Source of the DNA: a virus
Direction: 5' to 3' (one strand)
Virus record (IMG/VR): IMGVR_UViG_3300034200_001896
Coordinates: 1-64,000 of that record
Length of the DNA: 64,000 nucleotides
The position numbers were made by a program, and so were the translations under genes. Below the pieces are notes generated by a model that had not been told where the DNA came from, ran no database searches, and was given only the letters and a program-made list of their open reading frames with translations. Below, piece by piece: positions 10,386 through 19,850 of the stretch. Each line of letters begins with the position of its first letter. The first letter of the stretch is position 1.

Positions 10386-11960
10386 ATGAAAATCCAATCT
10401 GAATCAGAATTAACAAAATCAATTATAACTGGAGTTAATAAATTAGCAGATGCGGTTGGCTCTACTTTAGGACCAAAAGGAAGAACGGTGCTTTTACAGA
10501 GCAAAAATAAAAATCCAGTCATAACAAAAGATGGTGCATCAATCGCTAAATTTTTATCTCTTGATAATGAATTTGAAAATATCGGTGCCCAAGTTTTGAA
10601 ACAGGCTGCTATGGTTACAGCAACAGAAGCAGGCGACGGTACAACAACTGCAACCGTATTAGCAAGAGCGATTGTTAATCAAGCGCAGAAATATATTATC
10701 GCTGGTGCTTCTCCGACTGATTTAAAGCGTGGCATGGAAAGTGCAGCAGCAAAGATTGTTAGCAAGATTAAAGAAGTCAGCAAGCCAGTTACAAGTCTAG
10801 AAGATGTAGAAAATATCGCAACCATATCAGCCAATGGTGATAATAAGATTGGTAAACTTATTGCCACAGCGGTTGATAAAGTAGGTAAAGATGGAGCAGT
10901 AACAATTGAAGAAGGCAAGGCATTAGATACAGTATTAGATATTGTAGAAGGCTTCCAATTTGATAGCGGATTTGTATCTCCACAATTTATTACTGATGAA
11001 AGACGTGGTGCAGTGCGTTATGAAAATGCATTGGTAATGGTTACAGACCACAGTTTATCTTCTGTTGATGAAATGTTGCCAATATTAGAGGTTGCGGCAA
11101 GAGAAAACAAACCATTTATCATCGTAGCTGACAACGTTGAAGGACAATTATTGGCTGCATTAATTTTAAATACAGTTCGTGGTTCTATGCGTGTAGCCGC
11201 AATTAAAGCTCCACGATATGGTGAAGAACGTAGAAACATTCTTAAAGATTTAGCATTATCAGTTGGCGCTACCTTTGTTTCCCGTGAAAGCGGCATGCTT
11301 GTAAATGAAGTAAAGCGTCAACATTTAGGTGCTGCTAAAACTGTAGAAAGTCTTAAGACTTGGACTACAATTGTTGGCGGCGGTGGTAATTATGATGAAG
11401 TAGATAAGCGCATTGAATCATTAAAAACTGAGATAGCGGCCACTAGTGATATGCATGAATGCCAGCGTATTCAGGAACGTATCACCAGATTAGCCTCTGG
11501 AATCGCTATAATTCGCGTAGGAGGCTTAACAGAGGTAGACATGGTAGAACGGAAGCACCGCATTGAAGACGCTCTAGAGGCCGTTAAGAGCGCTCAAATG
11601 GAAGGTATATTGCCGGGTGGTGGAACAGCTTTATTAAAGTTATCCCGTAATCTTGATAAAGAAATAAGCGTTGAAAATGAAGATGAGCGCTTTGGTGTTG
11701 AGATTATCATGAAAGCCTGTGAGGAACCTATGCGTAAATTAGCTGAAAACTGCGGCTTGAAACCAGACGTTATGACTGAAAAAGTAGTTGAAAATACTAG
11801 CAGTTTCTGGTCTGGTGTTAATTTTGCTACAGGAGAATTTGTAGGATTAGATGTAGCGGGCATTATAGACCCAGCAAAAGTTACCCGTTGCGCTCTACAA
11901 AATGCGGTAAGTGCTGCGTCTACTTTACTCACCACTTCACATGCTATTATTGAAACTTAA
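10386..11960 (+). CDS. groEL: Chaperonin GroEL
   Basis: TLGPKGR, ITKDG, AGDGTTTATVLA, GILPGGG, IIDPAKVTRCAL; no GGM tail. Confidence 0.97.
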   Translation: MKIQSESELTKSIITGVNKLADAVGSTLGPKGRTVLLQSKNKNPVITKDGASIAKFLSLDNEFENIGAQVLKQAAMVTATEAGDGTTTATVLARAIVNQAQKYIIAGASPTDLKRGMESAAAKIVSKIKEVSKPVTSLEDVENIATISANGDNKIGKLIATAVDKVGKDGAVTIEEGKALDTVLDIVEGFQFDSGFVSPQFITDERRGAVRYENALVMVTDHSLSSVDEMLPILEVAARENKPFIIVADNVEGQLLAALILNTVRGSMRVAAIKAPRYGEERRNILKDLALSVGATFVSRESGMLVNEVKRQHLGAAKTVESLKTWTTIVGGGGNYDEVDKRIESLKTEIAATSDMHECQRIQERITRLASGIAIIRVGGLTEVDMVERKHRIEDALEAVKSAQMEGILPGGGTALLKLSRNLDKEISVENEDERFGVEIIMKACEEPMRKLAENCGLKPDVMTEKVVENTSSFWSGVNFATGEFVGLDVAGIIDPAKVTRCALQNAVSAASTLLTTSHAIIET

Positions 11961-12009
11961 AACTAATTATATATAGCCTGCCATTTTCTGGCAAAGCGGG
12001 AGTTTTTTC

Positions 12010-12339
12010 ATGGAGCAGTCAAACCTTGAATACGCTGTCAGAGAATTGACAGAGAGTATTCACGAAATAAAATTGAATACCGAAAGGCTTGTCACTAAAC
12101 TAGAACAAGTAAACAGTAATATTGAACGTTTAGAGGATAGTGTAGAAGATTTACATACTTCTTTATCAGAACAAGACAGACGTTTAACTATATTAGAACA
12201 AATGGTTCCACGTAATCTTGTGCAGGATGTCGCTATTTTGAAACAAAGCCAAGCATCAGTAAATAAAATATTATGGTTACTTGGTGGAGCAACAATTACT
12301 ACATTAGGTGACCTGTTGATGAAATTATTAGGAAAGTAG
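12010..12339 (+). CDS. Coiled-coil protein with C-terminal TM helix (XhlA/holin-like architecture)
   Basis: Heptad repeats followed by ILWLLGGATITTLG. Confidence 0.5.
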   Translation: MEQSNLEYAVRELTESIHEIKLNTERLVTKLEQVNSNIERLEDSVEDLHTSLSEQDRRLTILEQMVPRNLVQDVAILKQSQASVNKILWLLGGATITTLGDLLMKLLGK

Positions 12340-12369
12340 TTTAACTGTATCATACCTATGGTATAGTGA

Positions 12370-12398
12370 GGGAACGGATTGATGCCGTTCCCTTTTTT
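12370..12398 (+). terminator. Intrinsic terminator
   Basis: GGGAACGG-N7-CCGTTCCC-TTTTTT. Confidence 0.75.
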
Positions 12399-12411
12399 CT
12401 TTGGAGAAAAC

Positions 12412-12723
12412 ATGAATGCAAAAATGGTTATAACTGTGCCGATTGACAGAATTCCAAGAGAAGTAACAAGAATATTAGATGATATTAATATTGAATTAAG
12501 CGAAATAATGCACGAAACAAGTGAACTAATTAATAGCGAAGACCAGCTAATGAAGATACAAAAGATTGACGAAATTAGAAAGCGTCTATCTCTTATTGAC
12601 TTGAACTATGAAGACTGCTATAGTGTATTGCTGGGATATACAAAGTATCAAACTGAGAAAAGAATGAAAGAATTAGCTCCACAAGAACAGGAGAATAAAG
12701 ATGGTAATCAGTCAAATGGATAA
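12412..12723 (+). CDS. Hypothetical helical protein
   Basis: RBS GGAG before ATG 12412. Confidence 0.6.
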   Translation: MNAKMVITVPIDRIPREVTRILDDINIELSEIMHETSELINSEDQLMKIQKIDEIRKRLSLIDLNYEDCYSVLLGYTKYQTEKRMKELAPQEQENKDGNQSNG

Positions 12724-12952
12724 TCCGTTTGCTATTGGAGATTTAGTGCATATACCAAGCGGTGTTGTATTATATACTCCAATTAATGTTATCAAGGAAA
12801 AAACCGCAAGACCAGTAAAAGCACTAGAAAAACCATCAGTGGGTTTGATATTAAATAGAGATTTTTCAGAATATTATAAAGTTTCTATTGGGCTTGAAGA
12901 ATATCTGTTGAGAAAAGAAGATATGGTTCTTATTAGAAAGGGTGGAAAATAA
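12701..12952 (+). CDS. Small SH3/KOW-like hypothetical protein
   Basis: FAIGDLVHI...GLIL...YYKV. Confidence 0.6.
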   Translation: MVISQMDNPFAIGDLVHIPSGVVLYTPINVIKEKTARPVKALEKPSVGLILNRDFSEYYKVSIGLEEYLLRKEDMVLIRKGGK

Positions 12953-13275
12953 TGCTTTTAAAGCTTATGGAAGTCTATGAGGAGGTAGTACATCACAGTA
13001 AGGCAGAGGGGCAAAAACTATATTATATACGCGATGTAGTTATTAATAGAAGATATATCACTTGTATGCGTGAAGATGCAGTAATGCAAAATTATCTTAA
13101 AGAAGGAAGGCTACCATCTGCCATAACAAGTAACCAAAAATTTACTCGCATTGCTTTATCTCGCGGGAATGTAGGACAAGATATCGTAGTGGTTGGCGAT
13201 TTAGAGCAAATAATGATTCTCTTTAATGAAGAGGATTTAATTGGTAAGCCTTCTAAGAAGACTCTGAAAGGTTAA
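12952..13275 (+). CDS. Hypothetical protein
   Basis: Translationally coupled ORF (TAATG). Confidence 0.6.
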   Translation: MLLKLMEVYEEVVHHSKAEGQKLYYIRDVVINRRYITCMREDAVMQNYLKEGRLPSAITSNQKFTRIALSRGNVGQDIVVVGDLEQIMILFNEEDLIGKPSKKTLKG

Positions 13276-13278
13276 ATA

Positions 13279-13707
13279 ATGTCTACAACCGCCTCCAGAA
13301 ATACAACTACTGGTAATTCATATGAAAAGGAAATTGAAAATTTACTTATTGAGAGTAATAAATATATTTGTGAATCTCAAGTAAATATTGGTACGAAGCG
13401 AAATGGCGGTAAGCATTATGTTGACATTCTTTTAAATAAAAAACATTTAATTAGCTTAAAGTATCAGCATGTTCAAGGTACAGCTGAAGAAAAAATTCCT
13501 TTTGAAGTTATGAAGTTGCAACATGCCGTAAACGACCATAAGTATGATACAGCAACTATCGTCCTAGCTGGTCCCGATAAAGCTTGGAAATGGAAAAGTT
13601 ATTACCTTGGCGAAGAGTTTCAAAATGATATGAAAAAGGTTTATCCAAATGTTCGTATTATAAGTCACGAACAGTTTTTACTAGAGTATATTCCATCTAA
13701 CACTTGA
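13279..13707 (+). CDS. PD-(D/E)xK restriction-endonuclease-like protein
   Basis: GNSYEKEI...YVDILL...ISLKYQHVQGTAEEK. Confidence 0.7.
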   Translation: MSTTASRNTTTGNSYEKEIENLLIESNKYICESQVNIGTKRNGGKHYVDILLNKKHLISLKYQHVQGTAEEKIPFEVMKLQHAVNDHKYDTATIVLAGPDKAWKWKSYYLGEEFQNDMKKVYPNVRIISHEQFLLEYIPSNT

Positions 13708-13722
13708 AAGGTATAAATAAAT

Positions 13723-14274
13723 ATGGCTCCACGATTTTCTGCTAATGGCAAGCGTCTAGGTCGTCCACCAAAAAACCCACAACCGGTTTCAGAAGGTGTT
13801 GTATTTAATGTAGTTACCCCCGCTGTTGTTAAAAAGGAAGAAGTTAAGCCTGTTGAAGTTGACCCCTCATCCATGGTACCTTGTGAGTTAGTTGGCTTAG
13901 CGCAATATGAAATTTTTAATGACCCTAAGCCAGAAAGAAAATATGGCAGGTATAGTAGCTCTATATATTACATAGACGGTTTTAATACAGAACGTTGGGT
14001 TGTTTTGGCTTATGTTAAGGCAGACTTTGAAAAATATAGGTCAGAAGGTTTAAATAATACGGAGATTGCCAAGCGTTGTATTAATTATCTTAATACCGTA
14101 GAACCAAGAAAGAAGTTTCCTAAAAAGCCTCCAACATCTAAATACGGTCAATTGCAACTAATTAGAGAAGATATAAAATTCACAAACCGCTTTGGCTACG
14201 AAATGGCAATCCTAGAATTTTCAACCGATGAAAGAAAAAACGATAATTTCTGGGGAGAAGGAGATAAGTGGTAA
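13723..14274 (+). CDS. Hypothetical protein with N-terminal AT-hook
   Basis: KRLGRPPK. Confidence 0.55.
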   Translation: MAPRFSANGKRLGRPPKNPQPVSEGVVFNVVTPAVVKKEEVKPVEVDPSSMVPCELVGLAQYEIFNDPKPERKYGRYSSSIYYIDGFNTERWVVLAYVKADFEKYRSEGLNNTEIAKRCINYLNTVEPRKKFPKKPPTSKYGQLQLIREDIKFTNRFGYEMAILEFSTDERKNDNFWGEGDKW

Positions 14275-14292
14275 AATTAAGGAAATAAATTA

Positions 14293-14679
14293 ATGTCTAG
14301 TAAACCAACCCAATCGCAATATTATAGCGTAAAATTAGAAAAAGTTTTAAATTTGATGGTAGATTCCGATAGATGCATGCGTATGTTTGCCACTTCAGTT
14401 AAAACGATGGTAGAAAAATATGATATTGAAAATTGGAGTTCAAGTCCCGTAGCGGACTATATGGACGGCTATCTTAATGCTAAAGTATTAAGAGATTTCT
14501 TAGATAAGAAGTTAAAAGAGCCAGACCAAAAATTAGTTGAATATGCTAGAAAAAATAAAGTTGATGGCGTATTAGTAACTAAAAATGAATTGAGTATGTT
14601 GCAAAGTTTAGTTATTAATTTTGAAGAAACAAAAGAATATTTAAATAAAAATTACGGTTTTTCTACATTACCTAATTAA
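14293..14679 (+). CDS. Hypothetical protein
   Basis: RBS AAGGA, 128-aa ORF. Confidence 0.6.
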   Translation: MSSKPTQSQYYSVKLEKVLNLMVDSDRCMRMFATSVKTMVEKYDIENWSSSPVADYMDGYLNAKVLRDFLDKKLKEPDQKLVEYARKNKVDGVLVTKNELSMLQSLVINFEETKEYLNKNYGFSTLPN

Positions 14680-14761
14680 ACCATCTTGACAGAAAAAATA
14701 GTTGTTTTATGTTGTATTTGTGAGCGGGAAACCGCCTTAAAAATTACAAAGGAGAACAATT

Positions 14762-15136
14762 ATGTCTGTACATGCTTTAGATAAGTTTTTAAATAATGTT
14801 TTTGATATTTATGCTATGCCTAACGTTTCATCTGATTTCTCATATAGTAAAGAAGAATACTATGTATCATCCGATGATAAACAGGTGACAATTGAAATGC
14901 CAATGGTTGGAATATCAAAAGAAAATTTAAAAATTGATGTTGAAGACAGCATGCTAGTAATTAAAGCAATTTCTTCGATAAAATCCAAAGCAGTTAGAAA
15001 TATTAATAAATCTTGGTATATTGACGATTCAGTTGATATTTCTGCCATAGCCGCTAAATTGGAGAATGGTCTTTTAACGGTTACTCTCCCAAAGAGCAAA
15101 CCAGCAAAAAAAAGCGTAGCTGTTACGATATCTTAA
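14762..15136 (+). CDS. Small heat-shock protein Hsp20
   Basis: MVGISKENLKIDVE...AKLENGLLTVTLPK; own promoter TTGACA at 14686. Confidence 0.9.
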   Translation: MSVHALDKFLNNVFDIYAMPNVSSDFSYSKEEYYVSSDDKQVTIEMPMVGISKENLKIDVEDSMLVIKAISSIKSKAVRNINKSWYIDDSVDISAIAAKLENGLLTVTLPKSKPAKKSVAVTIS

Positions 15137-15217
15137 CAAAAAATAAATAATTATTAATCCGAAGAGAAGCTGGTGTTTTTGCCTGCTTCTCTTTGTTTTT
15201 TTGACTACTTATGTATT

Positions 15218-15469
15218 ATGAAGATAAAATATAAAATTAAAGAGATGATTCGTCCCGCTGGTGAACCAGACCGTGCTCAACACGGTCTACACAATATTAC
15301 AGGAGCAGGTTTAGAAGAAAATATAGAAATAGATGAATCTTTTCTTTATGAAAAGAAAGACCGCTGTTATCATTTGGCTAAACAAAAATATGATGTATTT
15401 CCAAGCGCTTATGCCTCTGGTTTTATAGTTAGATGCCGTAAAGGTAAGGTCGCTAAAAAGAAGAAATAA
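15218..15469 (+). CDS. Small basic protein (PSAYASG family)
   Basis: AKQKYDVFPSAYASGFIVRCRK; ATG 6 nt after ACTACTTA. Confidence 0.7.
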   Translation: MKIKYKIKEMIRPAGEPDRAQHGLHNITGAGLEENIEIDESFLYEKKDRCYHLAKQKYDVFPSAYASGFIVRCRKGKVAKKKK

Positions 15470-15471
15470 TA

Positions 15472-15828
15472 ATGCACTTAGAAGATATATTAAGACAATT
15501 AATTTTAGAGTGTATTCAAGAAGAATATCTTGAAATTGATGATTTATTATTCGAAGGCACTTTTGATAAAGAAAAGAGCAGTGGTTTACATGGATGGTTT
15601 CAAAGACGAGGTGGTAAAGGAAAAAGCAAAGGCTGGGTAGATTGTAATACATGTCGCACAGATAAAAAAACAGGACGTAAAACATGTAAATCTTGTGGAA
15701 GACAAAAAGGTGAAAAACGTGGTAAATACCCTGCATGTCGTCCAACGCCAAGCGCTTGCAATAGAAAAGGCACAAGTAGTAAAAAAAGTAGCACAAGAGT
15801 TTCTTGGAAGAAAAAGAAAAAGGATTAA
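15472..15828 (+). CDS. Small basic Cys-rich protein (DUF5872-like)
   Basis: GLHGWF...GWVDC...CGR...KYPACRP. Confidence 0.65.
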   Translation: MHLEDILRQLILECIQEEYLEIDDLLFEGTFDKEKSSGLHGWFQRRGGKGKSKGWVDCNTCRTDKKTGRKTCKSCGRQKGEKRGKYPACRPTPSACNRKGTSSKKSSTRVSWKKKKKD

Positions 15829-15830
15829 AT

Positions 15831-16244
15831 ATGTTAATATCTAAACAAGAATTACAAAATATTATTAAAGAAAGCTTGCAAGAACATTTAATTCTTGAAA
15901 ATGAATTAGGCGAAGATACTTCTGTATTAGAAGATGGAACTCCTGTTTGTGAAGCGTGTCTTTATGAAACCGTCACCTGTGGTTGCCCAGATGTATTAGA
16001 AGAAGCAGATTATCAAGGACGTAAAGTGCCACTTGGTAAACCAATGCGTGGCGATGTAAAAAAATTTAAAGTATTTGTCCGTGACCCAAAAACAGGAAAT
16101 GTTAAAAAAGTAAACTTTGGTGATAAGAAAATGCGTATTAAGAAAAGCAATCCAAAGCGCCGCAAGAGTTTTCGTGCTCGTCATAATTGTGACAGTCCCG
16201 GCCCAAGAACAAAGGCCCGGTACTGGAGTTGTAGAGCTTGGTAA
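15831..16244 (+). CDS. Small basic protein (DUF5754/DUF6321-like)
   Basis: KKVNFGD...RRKSFRARHNC...ARYWSC. Confidence 0.7.
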   Translation: MLISKQELQNIIKESLQEHLILENELGEDTSVLEDGTPVCEACLYETVTCGCPDVLEEADYQGRKVPLGKPMRGDVKKFKVFVRDPKTGNVKKVNFGDKKMRIKKSNPKRRKSFRARHNCDSPGPRTKARYWSCRAW

Positions 16245-16279
16245 TATCGTATCAAATTGCCATAAAGGTTAAATAAACT

Positions 16280-18733
16280 ATGAGCAATCCCAAAAACGAT
16301 ATTAATTTCTTAAGAGCTAAAATAAAAAGATTAGAGGCTCTTTTAAATAAAAAAGATACTCCAGCCGAAGAAACATTAAGTAATGTTAGCGGAACATTAA
16401 AAAATTTAAAAGACTCTCTCGATTCATTAAATTTACCAACTAAATTTGGAAATTATGATTTAGATTTTTCTGATTTAAAGGGGTTTAAGACAAACGCTGG
16501 TTTAGATTTATCAGATTTAAAAGGCTTCAAAACAAACGCTGATTTAGATTTATCGGATTTGAAGGGCTTTAAGACTAATACTCTTCCTGATTTATCAGAC
16601 TTGAAGGATTTCAAATCTTCTGCCCTTCCTGATTTATCGGATTTGAAAGACTTTAAATCCACAGCCACGCCCGATTTGATTGATTTAAAAACTTTTAAAA
16701 CCAGTGCCAATACTGATTTAACTGATTTGAAGGGCTTCAAGACTACGACAAATACTGATTTAACAAAAATTAAAACAGGTGATTTAACTGATGCTACTGG
16801 CTTAAAGGGTATATTAGACGGCAAAGCGACAGTAGCAGCGGTAAATTTAAAAGCTAATTCAGATGATGTTTATTCTAAAACAGATGCTGACGGTAGATAT
16901 CCAACGGCTGTTGCAGCTTCAGGCACATTTAGAACATCAGCACAGGTTATTAGTGATATTGGAGGATTTGATTTTAGTGCCGGTGGAAATAACAGCATAA
17001 ACACTAGATTTGGTCTGCATTACACTAAAACAGCTGCTGACGGTAGATATCCAACAGCAGCCGCTGCTTCTGGCACTTTTAGAACCGCTGCACAGGTTAG
17101 TGACGCCATAACTTTGCATCCGTCCGTAACTGAAAAAGCAAAAAGTGTTGATGTTTATTCTAAAACCGATGCCGATGGAAAATTTTCAACTCCAGCTTCT
17201 GTAGCAACGGCAATTGGTTCTTTTGATTTTAGCGCAGCTGGTAATTCAAGCTTAAATACAAGATTTGGCTTACATTATACAAGAACACAAACTGATAGTG
17301 CTTTAGGATTAAAAGCAAATACTTCGGCAGTATACACTAAAAGCGACGTTGATTCTGCCTTGGGTTTAAAGGCCAATTCTTCTGCTGTGTATACTAAAAC
17401 AGAAACTGATACGGCACTAGGTTTAAAAGCAAATACAGCTAATGTTTATTCTAAAACTGATGCCGATAGCAGATTTCCAACAGCAGCAGCAGCCTCTGGT
17501 ACATTTAGAACATCCGCACAAGTTAATTCTGCAATAGGCTCTTTTGATTTTAGCGGTAATGGTAATACCTCTTTTAATACAAGAATTGTTGGAACAGAAA
17601 ATAAAGTTGGTAGTATTGGCTTGGTAGCCAATGCGGGTTCTGCGAACACTGGATTTGGTGGTTTTTTTGCTGTTGCCGGAAGCCAAGGGTGGAATTATAT
17701 AGGCTCTAACGGAAGATACACAATAGCATTATCATCTGCGTCCCTTGCAGCTAATGCTGGAACTGACATTCCAGAATTTTCGTTAGCTTTAGAGCGAAAT
17801 GCTTATTATTTAAATGGTTTTCTTCAAGGTAGAACCGAGACAGACGTTCAAAAATTTATCACCTATGATATGAACGTTGGAGATTCAAGAGGTGATTTAA
17901 CTTTAAACGCTGGTAGCGTTTTTATTAAAGGCGATGATATATATGGCGCTCATTTAACACATTTCACTCATAACAGAGGCGCTATCGTTGGCGGTACAGA
18001 TAATGGTGGTGCAATATATTTTGGTGTATCTGCTGGCGACCAAAATAATGGCACTTTACCAACTGCTGGTATAGAAACATCTTGGAATAATGCAAGTAGT
18101 CCTAGAATTGGCATCGGTGTAACAAGAGATGGCAATAAAGCTTCTATAATGATGGATTATGCTGGTAATATAACATTTAAGACAAATAATACTACTAAGT
18201 TAAATATTGCAACTAGCGTAGTAGTTAATAATAACATTGATTTTATACCAAATTTAAGTAATACCAGCCGTTGTGGAACAGCTGGGCAGGCATGGAAAGA
18301 ATTACATTCTGTCACAGGCTTAAATGTTTCATCTGATGAAAGAGTTAAATATGAAATAAAACCATCTAACTTAGGTCTAGATTTTATAAAAAGCATCGAA
18401 CCGGTATCTTATAAACTAAAATCAAGAGATAAAAAGATAATCAAAGATGAATTTGGTAATGATGTTCTAGAAGATATTCCCGGCGTGCGACCTCATTATG
18501 GCTTTATTGCCCAACAAATTAAAAGTGTTTTGGGAGATAAAGATTTTGCTGGGTATACTCATGACACGGAAAGTGATTTACGTGGTTTAAGGTATGAAGA
18601 ATTTATTTCTCCAATGGTTAAAGCTATTCAAGAACTTTCCGCAGAAAATGACTATTTAAAGAAGAAACTAGAAGAAAAAGATAAACAAATTCAAGATATT
18701 CTTTTAAGATTATCTCTTTTGGAAAGCAAATAA
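16280..18733 (+). CDS. Tail fibre with C-terminal peptidase S74 intramolecular chaperone
   Basis: SSDERVK...GLDFI..IEPVSY...HYGFIAQ...LRYEEFISPMVKAIQEL; VYSKTDAD repeats. Confidence 0.85.
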   Translation: MSNPKNDINFLRAKIKRLEALLNKKDTPAEETLSNVSGTLKNLKDSLDSLNLPTKFGNYDLDFSDLKGFKTNAGLDLSDLKGFKTNADLDLSDLKGFKTNTLPDLSDLKDFKSSALPDLSDLKDFKSTATPDLIDLKTFKTSANTDLTDLKGFKTTTNTDLTKIKTGDLTDATGLKGILDGKATVAAVNLKANSDDVYSKTDADGRYPTAVAASGTFRTSAQVISDIGGFDFSAGGNNSINTRFGLHYTKTAADGRYPTAAAASGTFRTAAQVSDAITLHPSVTEKAKSVDVYSKTDADGKFSTPASVATAIGSFDFSAAGNSSLNTRFGLHYTRTQTDSALGLKANTSAVYTKSDVDSALGLKANSSAVYTKTETDTALGLKANTANVYSKTDADSRFPTAAAASGTFRTSAQVNSAIGSFDFSGNGNTSFNTRIVGTENKVGSIGLVANAGSANTGFGGFFAVAGSQGWNYIGSNGRYTIALSSASLAANAGTDIPEFSLALERNAYYLNGFLQGRTETDVQKFITYDMNVGDSRGDLTLNAGSVFIKGDDIYGAHLTHFTHNRGAIVGGTDNGGAIYFGVSAGDQNNGTLPTAGIETSWNNASSPRIGIGVTRDGNKASIMMDYAGNITFKTNNTTKLNIATSVVVNNNIDFIPNLSNTSRCGTAGQAWKELHSVTGLNVSSDERVKYEIKPSNLGLDFIKSIEPVSYKLKSRDKKIIKDEFGNDVLEDIPGVRPHYGFIAQQIKSVLGDKDFAGYTHDTESDLRGLRYEEFISPMVKAIQELSAENDYLKKKLEEKDKQIQDILLRLSLLESK
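16463..16760 (+). repeat. Seven tandem 42-bp (14-aa) repeats DLSDLKGFKTNxxx
   Basis: Directly visible in the DNA and the protein. Confidence 0.9.
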
Positions 18734-18734
18734 A

Positions 18735-19382
18735 ATGATAAAGATAAAAGTTTTAAAAGAACGTGAAAAACTAGTTGGTGGGCAAGGTGACAATAAACCA
18801 GATAGTAGTTTTGACCCAGAGGAATTAGCTAAAGGTGCTTCCGATGAAGAAGGAGAGCACACTCCTGATAAAGATATTGCTAAAGAAATAGCTAAAGACC
18901 ATTTAAGCAAAGACCCAGATTATTATAAAAAGGCCGAAAAAGCCGGTCTTGGTGAAAGAAAAAGCAGAAAGTTAAGTACTTATTGGAAGAAGCGTGCCAA
19001 ACGTAGAGCATTAAAAGCTGAGCGTCAATGGCCTAATAATATTGATTATAAATGGGCGTTATTAGAACAAGAAAAATCTACTAATATGAACAAGTCCATT
19101 AATGCTTTATTTGAAAAAGAATTGGAAATGTCTGAAGAATTGTCTGGTACTGTTGAACAATTATTAAAGAAAATGAAGAAAGTACGTGAACAAATGCGTA
19201 TACAGAAATTTGGTCCCGGCACTCCTAACAAATCTAAAAAATCTTTATCTAAACCATATCCAAAACATAAAAAAGGTGAAACGGTTGGTGGTTATTATAG
19301 AAAAGCAGCAAAGAAATTAGGCGGTATAGCAGCAGCTCCCGGTGAAACAATTGGTCCCGGCGTTGGCATTGCAGAAGAATAA
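18735..19382 (+). CDS. DUF5661-like protein
   Basis: EEGEHTPDKDIAKEIAKDHLSKDPDYYKK. Confidence 0.7.
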   Translation: MIKIKVLKEREKLVGGQGDNKPDSSFDPEELAKGASDEEGEHTPDKDIAKEIAKDHLSKDPDYYKKAEKAGLGERKSRKLSTYWKKRAKRRALKAERQWPNNIDYKWALLEQEKSTNMNKSINALFEKELEMSEELSGTVEQLLKKMKKVREQMRIQKFGPGTPNKSKKSLSKPYPKHKKGETVGGYYRKAAKKLGGIAAAPGETIGPGVGIAEE

Positions 19383-19396
19383 GGAAAGGCAATTAA

Positions 19397-19825
19397 ATGT
19401 CCATCATATATCCAAATATAAATGTAAGTAATTTTGCGACAACTGGCTCCAATACATTTATCGGTGACCAAACAATTACAGGTACAATTAATTTAACTGG
19501 TGCTTTAGAAGATTACAATGCAAAAGTTACTGTGAATACTGCCACCTCTGGTGTCGTTAACCAATTTTCTATTTCGCATAACGCCGCTAGGTTTACTGCA
19601 ATGGTTGAAACATCTACTGGCACATATCACGTACAAAGCGCTGACCTTTTATTGGCACACAACAACTCCTCAGTACTAATTACACCATACGCCTTAACCT
19701 GCACCAGCGGTAGTTATTTAGCTATCTTTGATGCACAAATAAATGGCGGTAACATAGAAATATTAGCAAGGAATTTAGTTAGTGATACCGTAACAGTAAC
19801 AATGACTAAAACATATTTAGCATAG
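19397..19825 (+). CDS. Virion structural protein
   Basis: FATTGSNTFIGDQTITG motif; C-terminal beta domain similar to the end of 19851-21476. Confidence 0.6.
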   Translation: MSIIYPNINVSNFATTGSNTFIGDQTITGTINLTGALEDYNAKVTVNTATSGVVNQFSISHNAARFTAMVETSTGTYHVQSADLLLAHNNSSVLITPYALTCTSGSYLAIFDAQINGGNIEILARNLVSDTVTVTMTKTYLA

Positions 19826-19850
19826 CGCATAGCGCAAGGAAAATAATAAG

